A stretch of DNA of 63,524 nucleotides, filler included, from Pelomyxa schiedti (lineage: Eukaryota; Protista; Evosea): the NCBI GenBank assembly GCA_020536535.1. It is 5 parts of 5 records of this genome, joined end to end, with 100 filler letters (N's around TTAATTAATTAA, not from the genome) between each part and the next. Parts side by side here need not be neighbours in the genome. Positions count along the whole stretch, not along the records: positions 1 to 30,368 come from JAHLWZ010000735.1; positions 30,469 to 40,942 come from JAHLWZ010001264.1; 3 more parts are not named here. One strand, written 5' to 3'. The notes under the pieces are model-generated. The model worked only from the letters and a program-made list of their open reading frames with translations. It was not told where the DNA came from and did no database searches. Below are positions 24,816 through 38,665 of the stretch, piece after piece (positions within the stretch are counted from its first letter, which is position 1; each line of letters starts with the position of its first letter). A program made the position numbers and the translations under genes.

Positions 24816-26890
24816 TCACCACTTTCTTTTTTGGAACCCACCACCACCACGGCCTCCAAAGCCTCCAGAACCTCCAAATCTGGAGCCTCCTCCGTGGCCG
24901 CCCATGCTTCTGCCACCACTGGGTGCGCCGCCTTTGTGGCTCACCATGGGTACGAGGCTCTCGTCATTGACTCCAAAGCTCATCACTACGGCGTCGCGGG
25001 ACGGAGATACGAAGTGGAATGCGGTGCATACTTGTTGGTACCATCTCGACCAGGCTCGTACGGCATCGCCAACCTGCGGCAGATAAGTATTGTGAATTTG
25101 TGTGCAGGACTCTTACCATGTACTGGTAGTTCCTCTGCTTGGTGACCATCTCTGTGACTTCAGCGGAAACAGATTGTAACTCCGGAAGTGGTAGCTCCAC
25201 GATGGGGACACCCATGGATTGAATTGCCTTGCATACATCTACCTCGAACGGTTGGAGGAACAGAACGGCCTTTCCACTCCTTCCGGCACGTGCAGTTCTT
25301 CCCACGCGGTGGATGTAGGTCTTGGGCTCATCGGGAAGATCGTATTGCACAATCCAATCCACTTCGGGAATATCAATACCACGGGAAGTAACATTTGTGG
25401 ACAACAGAATTCCGCTTGCTGCCTGAGGAGGAGGTGAGCAACTTAAGCCGAGTAAAAAAGGTAAATAACCTGTTGATATTGGAAAAAGGTCCTTGTTCGA
25501 TCCGCCTGTTCCATGTGGCCGTGAAGGCATGTGACAGGCAACTGGTGGACAAACTTGGTAACCAGGGTATGGAACCAAATCACCTGCACAAGAGAAATTA
25601 GATCTCAAAGGGAAAAATATATGTTTACCTCCGCCACAGTGGCAAAGAAAACGATGACTTTGGAGGAGCCGGTGAGGGAACACAGGAAAGTAATCAGCAA
25701 GTCCACTCTGGACTCGGTTGGGCAAAGCACAAAGTGCTGCTGAAGACTTTCAGGAGTAGCCGCAGTATTTTCTTCTTCCACATCCACAAAGGCGGGATTA
25801 TTCAAGCTCATCATACTGAGACTCTTGACTCGCTGTGACAGAGTGGCACTGAAAAGCATTGTCTGTCTGTCCTTGGGGAGCACCTTGATGATATCTCTTA
25901 GTTGGACTTCGAACCCAATATCAAGCAACATGTCTGCCTCGTCGAGCACAAGGCACCTAAGAATACTTAGTAATCGGGTTTAGAGATGAAAAACACACTT
26001 CATATGGCTGTATTCGAAGTTGCAGTTGTTCAAGTGGTCTCCTATTCTTCCGGGAGTGCCCACTACTAAGTTCGCACCAGCAAGGAGAGCCCGTCGCTCT
26101 GCGTTGACGCTGTTGCCACCCATTACACATAGGTACCAGAGATTTGTGAACTTCATCAGCTTCTCCACAACTTGCATGATCTGGAGAACAAGTTCTCGTG
26201 TGGGGCTGATTACGAGGGCTCCCATTCCCATCATCTGAGTAGGAAATTGCAATGAGTTATTTTGTAAGAAAAACAGTGTTTGCATACCTTGGTGAACTTG
26301 TGCTTAAGAAGCTGCTCGACGGCAGGAAGTAAGTAAGCGAGGGTTTTACCGCTTCCAGTCCTGGCTTTGCCGAGGACGTCGCGGCCGGCAAGGCACAGCG
26401 AAATCGTCTTAGCCTGGATCGGCGTCATAGTGTCAAATCCGAACACCTTCTCAATAGCCTGCAGAATCGATGGCGAAACAACTCCCTGCAGCTCGCTGAA
26501 CAGCTTGTACTCGACGGGAGCATTGGGATCCGCGGGCTTCGCTGCTGCGGTCTTCTTCGCAGCAGCTGACACGGCGGGCTTCTCGGTCTCTGCCTCAGCC
26601 TCGGGCTCTGGCTCTGGCTCTGGCTCTGGCTCGGGCGTGGCGGCCTTTGGCGGGGCCTTGGTCACGGTCTTCTTGGGCGTCGCTACTTTTGTGGAGACGG
26701 GCGCCTTGGTGGTCGTTGTCGCCGCGATTTTCGCGGGCGTCGGCGTCGGCACCTCGTCGTCCTCGTTGGTCGCCGGCTGGACGGGTTTTTGCGGGGGTCG
26801 TTTTTGGGGGAGTAGTTTCTTTGGAGGGGCGGACGTTGTTGCCTTTGTGGTCGTTGCGGTAGCTGTTGCGTTTGTGTTGGCCTTCTTCAT
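24816..26890 (-). CDS. HAS1: DEAD-box RNA helicase, HAS1/DDX18-like, with RGG-rich tail
   Basis: Q-motif [65 protein letters not shown]. Last exon ends [13 protein letters not shown]. Confidence 0.85.
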
Positions 26891-27485
26891 TTTTTTATTA
26901 CGAGTAATAAGCGGGTAAAGTCTTAGGTGTTGCTGTTAGATCTTGGTGTGTCGCAGTTACGGCAGGTACGGTCCCAGTGAGCGGGGAAGGATAGTTTGAA
27001 AAAAAACGAAATACCACCCTACGTTGTAATTAAAAAATAATCAACACCCAGCAACTGCGGAGAGAAATCACATTCCTTGAAATCATAACAAACGCTACCC
27101 TCGCTGGTGCGGTGATACACTATTTTCGCCTAGTACACTACCAAACTCAACAATGTCGCCTATACGAGACAGTAACACGGAACTAAAATTACTTCTCCAA
27201 AACATTGCGGTGCACAATTTGGGTTAACAGGCAACCACCCAAAAGGGAGCGAGCAACGCGAGCACCCTTTTGGGTGGGTCCACCACACCTACAGTAAAAT
27301 GGCACCGGCACCCAAAATCCAACACCACTATTGAGAAAAAAATGGCTACAACGCCCAAGAGCCTGTGTTTTCACCCAGTTAGCTTNNNNNNNNNNNNNNN
27401 NNNNNNNNNNNNNNNNNNNNNNNNNNNNNNNNNNNNNNNNNNNNNNNNNNNNNNNNNNNNNNNNNNNNNNNNNNNNNNNNNNNNN

Positions 27486-30368
27486 CTGGCTGTGGTAGCG
27501 GCCGGGCCATAGGAGAATGGCGCACAACTGGTTGATTTGGTGTTTGGGGACTAGTGGGGGTTGCAGTTAAGGAAACAGGGGTGGGAAGTGGGGATGTAGG
27601 TGCAACAGAAGGTGTTTCTACCTGTGATGTGGAAGGAGGATTGTTAACTTCTTTTTCTGGTGTTACTACTGTTGGAGTAGGCTCTGTAGCAGCAGCAGGT
27701 ACTGCTGTTGTTTGTTGTTCTGTATCTGGATGTTCCTTAGCCTTTGGTGTTTTGCGTACTGGCTTTTCCATTGTGGGAACTGCGGGTTTTTCGAAGATGG
27801 AAACAAGCGCTTTTATTTGCTTGGACGTTGTGGTGGCTGTTGTCTCCTTATCTTGTGGAACTTGAGAACTTGTTTCTGCTGGGGAATTCGGCTGAGCATC
27901 AACTGGCTTTTTGACTTCTGGTGAGGTCACTGGTTCTGCCACAACCCAAGAAGTGACTGAAGGAACTGGTGCTGACTCAGGGGGTGTTGTGGCTGCCGCT
28001 TTTGCGGACAAGTCAGCAGAAGGAACCGGCGGAATGAGAACTGGCTGTATGACGGTTGTGGGGGCTGCTTCTGGCCGAGGGTCAGCAGGTTTTTCGCCTT
28101 GTGGAGTAGGAGTTGTTTCCTCCACTTTAATTGTATTAATGGCTGTGACACTTGGCGGAGTTGAAACTTCAGCCTGGTATGGGACCTCTGTGTGTGCATT
28201 TAACACAGGACAACTCGAATTTGTAAGGGGCTGAGGTGGTGCTAAATCTGGTACTGCCGGTAATGAGGTTAAAACAGAGACTGGTGGAACAACTGGGGCC
28301 GGGACTGTAGTTTGAATTGCCACTGTAGTTGTTCCTGTGGGTGGGCAATTGGGCAATTCGACTTGAAGAGGAGGTTGTTTGGGAGGTTCCTTTTCCGGAG
28401 TTTGGAGAGGAGACTGCTTGGGAGTTTCCTTTTCCTGAGTTGGGATAGGTTGGGGGGTACTAGTCGTGTGATCGGGTGTTTTACAAGGTGGAGGAGGTGG
28501 TTTATGCGAAGAAGGTGGGGGTGGTGGCTTATGTGAAGAGATTGCAGGAGGTGGGGGCTTTTGCGTGGAAGGAGGAGGTGGCGGCGGTTTGACAGCTGGT
28601 GGAGGTGGGAGTCTAGAAACTGGTGGTGAAGGTGTTGTTTTAGGTTCTGGTTTTGGAGGTAAAGGTGGGGCATCTTCGGGTATAGAAGGCTGTTGCGGAG
28701 AACTGGTTACTGCAGACTGCTGGGTAACTGGTGTTGCAGCTTGTTCTGGGGCTGATGCAGTCAAGTTGGTAGGTGGTGTAGGAAGAAGTGCTATTGGTTC
28801 TGTAATATTCTTCGGAGGTACGACGGAGTCCTCTTTGGATGGCTGCAGCGGTTTTGTAGCTTCCACTGGTGCATTTGGTTTTTCTGGCTCAGGCTGATTA
28901 CTTTTTATAGGCGGTACTTCGGTTACAGGGAGAGTTGTGTTGGGTTTCCCATTTTGAGACACTGTAGTTGCCTCTGTTTCTTGTTTTGGAAGAGAGGTGA
29001 TTTCACTTGGTGCACTGGGTTTTGGAGGCTCTGAAGGTGGTGGAGAACCACAGCCCTCTGGTTTGGGAGCATGCTGTTTTGGCGGAGGGGGGAGATTTAC
29101 AGTTTGAGGAGAAGCTGTGACTGGACTAGATGGAGGAGGTGGTGGCATATCAAATTTAGCAGGATGCGTTGGTGAAGGAACTACGACCGCCACCTGAGGA
29201 GCGGTGTTGTTGACTGGAGGTGGAGGAGGTTTGCCATGTGTAGGAGGAGGAGGGGGAGGTCTTGTGTGTGATGGAGGTGGGGGTGGTGCCACCCTTGCAT
29301 GTTGGTGTTTTGAAGCGGGAGATGACACCCTCCCTGGTGTGTCTGGAGATACTGAACGAGATGCAGCCGGTGATTGTGGATTTGCTGTAGCTGGCTGTGC
29401 AACTGTTGGAACTTGTGCGGGTTGAGTGTCAGCTACTGGTGGTGGTTTTGCTGTAGGTTCTGGACCAGCTGCTGGTTGATTTGTTGTTGGTGTGGAGGTG
29501 GGCACTTGGGGTGCATTCGGTTTTGGTTGTACTTCATTGGTTGGTGTTGGTGGGGGTGTTTCGATTTTGGGGCTTTCTGCTGTGCTTGTTGATGGTTTCA
29601 ATGGAAGTGCCGGCGAAGTTGTTGTATCTTGGGATGGTAGTCCTGTGCTTGGACTAGGGGGATTGGAGCTTACAGGAGGTTGTTCCTTAGGAATTGATGG
29701 GGAAGGTGCAGCACTTCCTTTTTGGTTCGGTTGTGGAACATTGGGCGCTTTGTTTTGTGGCAGAGGGGGAGCAGTATGTTGCTTGCCAGGTGGCGGAGGT
29801 CTCTGCTGTGGAGGTGGCGGCAGTGAACGGCCGGTTGTAGTTTTGGGAGCTCCTGGCTTGGGCTGTTGATTTGTTTTTTGTTCTGTGGTTGGAGCTTCAG
29901 AAGGGGATTTTGTTTGGGCAGGGCCAGCAGCGGCTCGCAATTCCTCAACTTGATTGGAATTCAGCTGGTACCGGGTGGGGCCAAGGGCAAATTTACGATT
30001 CATAAGTTTTTGGGAATTTTGTGGTGGTGCCTTATTAACAGAGGGGTCTGTCTTGGCCACTGGGGGAGATTCTGTTTGTGATATGGGCTGACTCGAGGAT
30101 GGTTGGGGTTTAGAAATCTCTTCCTTTTGGACTGCTGGAATTGTTGCTGTTGCTGCTGAAGTTGGTGTAGCTGGTGTGGTTGCTGACTGTGATGATGGTT
30201 TTGGCACTTGAGTATTCTCGGTGTTTGGGCTGGTCAAAGTGGTAGTCTCGGGTTTGGAAATCCCAGAGGGACTAGGAGTAACAGTTGCAGCATTCGCGTT
30301 GTCAGCATGAGAACTTGTGGAAGCACTGATCCCAGAGTTCACTTCACTTTTCTCGGAGGTTGGTTTGC
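27486..30368 (-). repeat. Gap-flanked second copy of ~19517-22420 (internal part of the Pro-rich scaffold gene)
   Basis: 987-aa ORF nearly identical to part of the 1867-aa ORF; all indels keep frame; bounded by N-gaps on both sides. Confidence 0.9.
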
Positions 30369-30412
30369 NNNNNNNNNNNNNNNNNNNNNNNNNNNNNNNN
30401 NNNNNNNNNNNN

Positions 30413-30424
30413 TTAATTAATTAA
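30413..30424. other. Artificial scaffold linker TTAATTAATTAA inside an N-run (also at 40987-40998, 59842-59853, 61944-61955)
   Basis: Identical palindromic six-frame-stop 12-mer centred in equal N-runs, four times. Confidence 0.9.
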
Positions 30425-33400
30425 NNNNNNNNNNNNNNNNNNNNNNNNNNNNNNNNNNNNNNNNNNNNTTCATCATCGTGTTGTGGCAAATCCCTTTCAA
30501 AGAAGCACACCTTGGGTACAGTGAAAAATACAATAAAGACTGAAGTACTACTGGCTAATCTGGCTAATTGTGGAATGGCCATGGCACGGTATCCATATGA
30601 GAGAAGAGAACATCTTGTTGCACTTGGTTGCTGTGGGAACAAAGTACAAATGGAGGGAAGCTCATGCCTGTCGGTGCTGAGAATCACAATAGCTTGCCAG
30701 TGTTTGCCATCATGGACATCACAGCCTCCAACTACAAATTTAAGTGGGAAGGTACAAAGGCTACACCATAGGTATGAAAGGGGACAAGTGGCTAACACTT
30801 GGGGTCAGAGCACCCACCTGCACAATCGAGGGACCCACCATGTAAACGTGATGCCACTCACCCATGGCGCTATTGCTCAGAGCAAAGCGGCACAGGGCGG
30901 TGGTGGGTGCCTGTCACAATAACCAGGGCCAACACTTGGCTGCCACTATCACGTTCCCACCTTCATGCTAGGCATTAGCCATAGCAATAGCAATAGCAAT
31001 AGCAATAGCAGTAACCATAGCAAGCAGCAGTAGCTGTCAGCATCCCCATCTCTATCAGTGTAGCTGTGGGCATTGTGGTCCTATCTCACAACATGGGGAA
31101 AAAAAGTGCAAAGAGTATCTCTTTGGCTGGCAAATGGCTCTTGTGGCAGTAAAGGCATTCTCCTTCTAGTTCGCTCAGGGGTTTCCTTCAATTTCCCTGA
31201 GTTTCATGTTAGAATGAATACAAAATGGGGGGGAAATATACCTAAGTTCTGTACAGTATACTGTAGATAAGTTCAACATTAGGCTCAACACCTCTGTCCA
31301 CAGATGAGAATGAACAAATGTGAAAAGAAATGCTAATACCTTAGATTCCCTGACGGGAGGTCCTGCTGCAACCTGTGACTGGGTCTAATACAGAAGAAAA
31401 TCTTTACCACAGGTCTTCAGTCAAGGTACTACATCAAGGGATTACCAAATAGAAACAAAATAGAGGCAGACCTGAGTAGCAATACCAAAAACCAAGCTGG
31501 GTGTCCAATCAAACATCAGAGTACATTCGCATGAGCTGGGAAAATACAAATGGCAAGACGGAAGGATGCCTTCTCCACCAGGACCTGCAGTAGAGTGGAA
31601 TAGCCACAAAGACAAAGGTGCCATATTGCCTCTCATGTGTGGTGAAGAGAACACTATGAGACTGGTGAGAACAAGGAACAAATTGAAGGCACAAGACCAT
31701 GCCTACTAGTTGGTTCCAGGGCTGGATGTGAAAGTCAGCTACTGCAAGGCTGGCAACAACAAAACAGAGTGTTCCTGTCAAACCTGTTGTTGTGCATTGA
31801 ACCGACGAATATACTCTACAGCTGTAAAATCAAGTGGAAGAGGAAGGCAGACCTGCGGTCTGGTACCAGCACCAGTAATCCAAAAGGGCCTGGTCTTTGT
31901 GGGCAAAGTTCCCACTTGATCACTTACTACGTGACTGAGTTGTGTAGAGTTGACACACAGGCCGTCATTGTAGATGGGCATAACAAATTGTGTTGGGGTT
32001 GCTGCTCTCACGTAGCCACAGCCGTCGCCACCGCCATCACCACGCCATATGGAGCCGGTCTAGTGAGAAGCACATGAGTGATTCATTGCCAATAAATTCT
32101 GCAGTCCTAAAATCCTTTTGTTGGACTCCGTTGAAATCGCCATTTGAGTTAGAAGAAAGCTCTGAGGAACTGAACATACTTGCTATTTGCCAAGAATCTG
32201 ATGAAGCTCAGCAACGAGAGCACTGGCTGGCAATCTAGCACTTGCTCAGGACCGCCATGAGCAAGAACATTCTGAGGCAAACCAATGCATCATTTCCAAG
32301 CATCTGCACAAGCTCTGGACACAGTAATGCACAAGTCAGATCAATATATACTCAATTGCACATACCTGCAAAAGCAAATGCGCAGCTCAGCAGCAATACT
32401 ATGTGCTTGCAGACACTGTTCAAATCAGCTGAGAGCAGCAAGCAGAACAACGCCAAGGCAATGGCACCTGGTGGCATCAGATTCTGATACGAAGGATACA
32501 AACAGAACCTGATTTGGCAAAACGCAAGAAGGACCATCAGCACAGATCAAAGCATGCTAGAACATTCAAGCAGCAGGAAGCCAGGAGCAGTTGGCAACAA
32601 CAGCAGTTTTTTCTACCTTCACCATGAGTAAGGAAGCATCTATTGCAAATGGAAGCATATACCTGGGAACAATTCATGTTCATTCTCTTCATCCAAGACA
32701 GCTGCAAGCCAGATGCGCAAGGACAGAGGAGATCATCCAGACCAATCACTGCAATGAGCATACAGCCATCCTAGCAACTGGCAGAACGAATCGGCAACAC
32801 CAGGTGCACCCTTCTCTCTGCCGTGGCTGGCTGTCACCTCCTCATCTCCCATTCTGGCTTTGCCCCCGGACGTCAACGCGGTACCCGAGTCGGCGCCAGT
32901 GTTGGCATCCAATCGAAGTGGCCAACATGGAGCCGGCAGACAGAATATCTCAGCTGGAAATTCCACATCTGATAAAAAGTGTGTGAGGCCAAACAAGAAG
33001 AAGCAGTGCCACAAGGTGCCAGAAATGCAGAAACGATGTGGTGTATGCAATGCCAGGGAAGACCCTGTTTCGTTTCGTCCAAGACAAGGCTGAGCAGAAG
33101 GAAAATGTCCTGGGAGAGAGACTTCAACAAGCTTTTCAACTGGCACTTTGGCAGCATGCATCTTGCAAAAAGGATTAGCGTGGAAATGATGGACTCCGGC
33201 ATACAAACGCGGGAATGCCAGGTATGAATTTGAATTCAAAGCATCCAAAGCTATGTATTATCAGAACAACTCTGCTTATTCATTTCGTATTTATTTATTT
33301 GTTGTTTTATTGGCTTATATTGGCGTTTTATTGACCAGTTATTGCTGGTTCCACACATAAAATAACTTGAACAAAAGTGTTACAATAGTAATATAGCACT

Positions 33401-35149
33401 AGCACCGAATTGGTGGAGCCATGTTTTCATTGTGTGGGAAAGAATGTGCACTCCCAGGGCTTGTGACATGGTCTCCCCTCGCAGCAGTCATCAATTTATT
33501 TGACGTTTTGTCAATAACGAAAGATGTAACTCACTGCGCGCTGCCGCAGCGACACAAAACAAATCCCTACAAAATCGGGATTCGTTTTCGTTTCGTTCGA
33601 CACGTAAAAACGCAAAAAAAAGTTGGCATGTGGGGCACACAGATAAGAGAAACAAAGGTTTGTTGTTGTTTTGTTTTTCCTTTCGTTTCGGGTTTTTTTT
33701 TTCCCTCTATTCCTTTGGTGTGTGGTCCATGTCTTTTTAACTTTTTCTTTAGCCACTTGTTCTCTCATCCTCTCTTTTTATTCTCAACCCACTCAGCAAA
33801 TAATAGGTGCCACAACTGCCGAATTGAGCAAACACCAAGGCCCGACTTCTACTCACCTTCATTCCCGCTTCACTTCCCTCCACACCTCTCCCTCTATCTC
33901 ACACTCCAATCCTGCTCTCCACCACTCTCTTGGTTCCTTCACCACCACTGCCCAGCAACTTACAACGTAAAGAGTGCAAAGGCGACGTTGGGAGTGATAG
34001 AGTGAGGTTGGCGAGGTTTGATGCAACACAACAACATTGGGAGTGGATACAGTGGCATCACTAGGGATAAGGTGAGGCTGCAAGTGAGTCAGCAGTGATG
34101 TTTTTAGTGAGTCAGCAACATCAGGAGCCCCCAGAACTGCCAGCTCATTTCCGAAATCATCACCAAGGTCATTGCCTTCCGTTATAATATAAAGCATTTA
34201 AACGTACATAGATCCCAAAAATTGCACTCAGTGGAAGAAAAGAGGGGGAGAGGATATGGAGAGAAGCAGCAAGAAAATTCCATGGTTGATTTTTTTCTTT
34301 TCTTTTTCCACTTTATGTGACCTTGATCAGACTCTGCTTGCTGATATCTGTGCACATTGCACATTTGCCATGGCTTTGGCCACCAGCAAAGCAAAGTATG
34401 ATGATATGATGATCTCACTCACCTTCCCAACCACAAAAAAAAAGGCCAGGTTGTGTGGTGGCACTGAACCAGAAAAGGGGAAGGAAAGAAAGAGTGTGGG
34501 GGGAAGTGGCTTGTGGCGGGGGCTACCGAAACCGCCAGAGATCCGCCAAAAACGAAAAATTTGGATAAGGAAGGGGACGCTTTCGTGCGCGTACTACTTG
34601 TGGTTCACTGTTCCTTCCACTTGCCAATCATCCCCTCCTCTCTTCCTCTTCACCTTTTGGAAATTCCCAACCCATGGCATTTTGGGTGCGGACAACAAGG
34701 TGAATATTTCCCAACTCACAATTTTATTTATGTTTGCCTCTCACACTCCCTTTCCACACAGACACAGGCATCCAGTCTTTTTTTTTATTGTTATTGGCAT
34801 TTGCCCATTTGGGGCAGGGGGGTCTTCCCCCCTACTCTCAGCCAGCTTGGTGGCTTTGCAGCAAAATCGCTTTGGGCTTCAGGTTCTCTCAGCCAAGTAT
34901 GCACCCAAATATGGGTACACTATGTCGATTGTATTCTTCTAATCTGATTTTAGGTGTTGCTCTCTTGTTTTGAAATCAATGATCCAACTTGTTGTCCTTT
35001 TGTCAATGTATGTTGATGTGGATAATGGCTGAAGCTACCAGCTGTTGCTTTCATTATTTACCTTTCATATCATTCCGGCAATTGTACGTCGCCTCCGCGT
35101 ACTGCTTGATGACAGCTCTACAATCAGGTTTCCATCTCAGGATTGTGCT

Positions 35150-38100
35150 GCACAATTTGACTTTCTTGCCAGCAAATCTTGCATCAATCTCCGCATTCTT
35201 CCTGCTGGTTTATCCCCGATTTCTCTATCACCAAGATTTTGGTGTTCCCCCTGATGACTCAACATATCTCTATTGCCATGAGGTCAATCCTTGCTATTAG
35301 CTGGTGGCCTCTCTCCAAGCAGGTAACTCCTTTGCTCTCATGGGGAACTCTTAACCCTGATTACACACAAGGGCATTTGAACTGTCCTGGGGGATCCCAT
35401 ATCAAATTTCATCGTTGGAGACAACCTGCCAGGTTGCCTCCTCAGAGGAGAAGAGGGCCACACAAATTTGTTCTCTTCTGCCTGTCTCCATGTTCCCAAA
35501 AGCTTGGTCCTCCATGGATACAACCTTTCCCACATGCCACACCAATGGCAGCACCAGTGCCTCAAATACTCACCTGGTGAGGTGATCTTGGGTATTTGTG
35601 CATCAGTCACCCAATGACCGTCGTTGTGGTGGTGTGTAAAAGGAGGGGTGTTGTGGAAGTACTCAATGTGAATGTGACCACAGCAGCCAAGGCTCAGACA
35701 AGTTCCTCCCCATCATTATCACATTCACCTTTGCTGTACCCGCACTTCTGACAATACTGCAGTATTGAAAGAGGGACTGAAGAGGCCGAGTCCATCAACA
35801 ATGAGGAGATGCTACACTGGCTGTCACATTGAGTCTGTACACAAACTGGTGTTGTGTTCTAACTCGTTATTACACTAGATATGGACCCATACTGGAGATG
35901 GACAACAAACGGCATGTTCACTATCTGAAACTTCAATCTAATTTACAGAATGACAAGGTGATCACAGTTATTCTTTAATGAACTGAATGTTTACAGCTGC
36001 ACACCAATAACACAACAACATAGATGAGACTAAGCTCCAGGTATACCATGAATTTGTTTTCATATCGCCAAAAGCTGGCTAAACTTATATTGGTGCATTG
36101 AGTTGCCTCTGGTAGAAATATTGACTGGACATAGGCGGAATGACTTCAGGGTCTAACTGAATGTGAATGCTATGTGGAGTACAACGAATGATTTGTCGGA
36201 GGAGAAATTATTCCATTCGTATGAGATGAAATCTAACAGCTGTTCAGATGTGCTGCATAAGTACGGCGCTGATGGAATCAGGGTTATCCTACACCTCAAA
36301 AAGTGATTACTACGCAAGTCAGAAAGCCTTGGGGTATGCCCAGGGATGCTGCCTTTGCTCGGGCATTGCTGAGTCAGGCCGACGCCCTGGCTGTTGCCGT
36401 TGGCTTCCCTGGTGTCGCGGCACATGCGCGCCAAGACGCCCCAGGTGGCTGGGCGCTCCGGCGCCGATGACGTCAGTCGATCGAAGCCACTCCAGCTGTT
36501 CCCAGCAGTGAAAGCCCTTTCTCCTGCAGCCGCGGGGTGTCGCCCGGCTGTCGCCTGAGCGTCGCCCACTTGTCGATGCTGCCTTTGCTGTTCAGTGTTG
36601 TAATAACCTCAAACGATTTTTTCTTCCCAAAAACATTGGCCTCCTTTTAGTGCGATTTTGATGCCCATAAAGGTCAAGAGTCATTGAGACACTGATTGAA
36701 TGCCAAAGATGTGGTCTTATATCACATCAATGCACTGTTCGTTGCAACCTTTGTTGGGGGAGATCCCAGATGATTTTCCAGTATCCTCCCACAAAAACAA
36801 CTGTTTTTATGTGTACCAGTACTTATGGGAAGGGTTTCACGAGATTCAGTGTAATTGATGGTTGTTGTATTGGTGTGCATGGAACGATTTATTCCACTAC
36901 CGGTGGTGGATATTAGAACCAGAAATGGTCTCTTAAAGGGCCAGGAAGAAATGCAGGACAATCCAACCAAGCTTCAAAGGCAAACTCTCCCGGCACTCAA
37001 GCGGCCATTCCCGACACTGGTACCATGCATATTGCAACAGATTTAGCGTGGGAATGATGGGAATGCCTACAAATCCAGAAATTATGAAAAACACAGGAAT
37101 ACTAGATATTCGAATATAAATCTCATTAGTACAACTCTGCTTATACGAATATGTCTATGTAATAGAGTGTAATCTCAACAGCATTAACTGGTCAATAAAA
37201 CGAAAATACACGGCAACTCATACACCAAGTCTGCATTTTCTAGAGTACCGGCTTGGAAACAAAAAAAGAGTAACAGTGACAGCAATAAATTCACACTCAA
37301 GCAGCTCCACCACCACTCTCAGTGAGCTGTGTAATGTAAGGAATTGCAGCAGAAACGGGATGGTGCATAGAATTCACCCAAGCCGGAAGGAGAATACCCA
37401 TGCTAGTTGCTGTAACGAGGAGACAGTCCACAATAATTCTGAACGAATTTGCAAACCATCCCAAGTCACTTTATATCCTGGGATTGATTCCTGTTGGGCA
37501 AAGTCAGACATAGGATTGCAACAATCCTGTACATACCACAAGGCTTTATGACTCGAGGGTAGGGATCGCTTTTTGAGGTGCAGGATCACCCTGATTCCAT
37601 CAGCACATCTGAACAGCTGAAGGAATTGAGTCCGCATGGCTAGATTCCATCTCACACAAACCTGGAATAATTTCTCCTCCAACAAACCATTCCAATCAAT
37701 ATTTCTACCAGAGATAACTCTATGCACCAATATAAGTTAAGCCAGCTTTTGCGATACGAAAACAATTTCACTGTATACCTGGAACTTGGTCTTATCTCTG
37801 TTGTTGTGTTGTTGTTGGAGTGCAGCGTTAAACATTCAGTTCATTAAAGAATAATGGTGATCGCCTTGTCATCACATGTCATTCTCTGTCAATTCATGTG
37901 GAGATTAACTACAATGTTTATCACCGTTAATGCGGAAATAAATATAGGCAGTGAACAACAAAAATAGATGCAAATACATACAAACGAAAAAAATGAATAC
38001 AGCAATAAAGCTGGAAACTACAGACCCCGGTAAAAAAGGGGGAGCACTGGTGCTCTGTCAAGGAGTGCTATGAGAGGTTCCTCTAGAGTGGTTGGGAAAA

Positions 38101-38665
38101 TATAAATCGTAAAATGGAGGTTATGCCATCTGGTGGCAATATGGAAGGCCTGACCTTGTTAATATGAAAATGCAGTAAAGTGGGAGAAGAAACGCATAAT
38201 CCACTGTGGAAAACTGGGGAGAAAAATAAGGAGAGCATGTTCCTTTGAACCTGAATGTAAATTAGATTGTTCATATCATGCCGGTTGTTGTCCATCTCCT
38301 GTCTGGGTCCATGTTGTCTAGTGTAACAACACAAGATAGAACACTGTTTGTGTATAGACTTCGGTCCCTCCTCTGGCAGTGTCGTGAGAGGTAAACATGG
38401 TCGCCGAAATCACCTTTACCCCCTCGTTTTACACACACCACCACAACGACCACGGTAATTGGGTGACTGATGCACAAGATCAAATGCCCAAGATCACCTC
38501 ACCAGGTGAGTGTTTGAGGCACTGGCCCTGCCATTGGTGGTGCTGCATGTTGAGTCAGCAGCAGGGGGAACACCAAAATCTTGGTGATAGAGAAATCGGG
38601 GATAAACCAGCAGGAAGAATGCAGAGATTGATGCAAGATTTGCTGGCAAGAAAGTCAAATTGTGA
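35150..38665. repeat. Long degenerate inverted repeat (arms ~35150-36130 and ~37690-38665)
   Basis: Blocks match as reverse complements in mirrored order: 35150-35275 with 38545-38665, 35535-35650 with 38415-38545, 35830-35947 with 38250-38360, 35948-36130 with 37690-37875. Confidence 0.8.

Noticed and set aside
30413-30424. TTAATTAATTAA palindromes recurring four times (possible piggyBac TTAA sites or regulatory repeat)
   Set aside because: Always centred in N-runs; this is a six-frame-stop scaffolding linker. Adjacency across these gaps should not be trusted.
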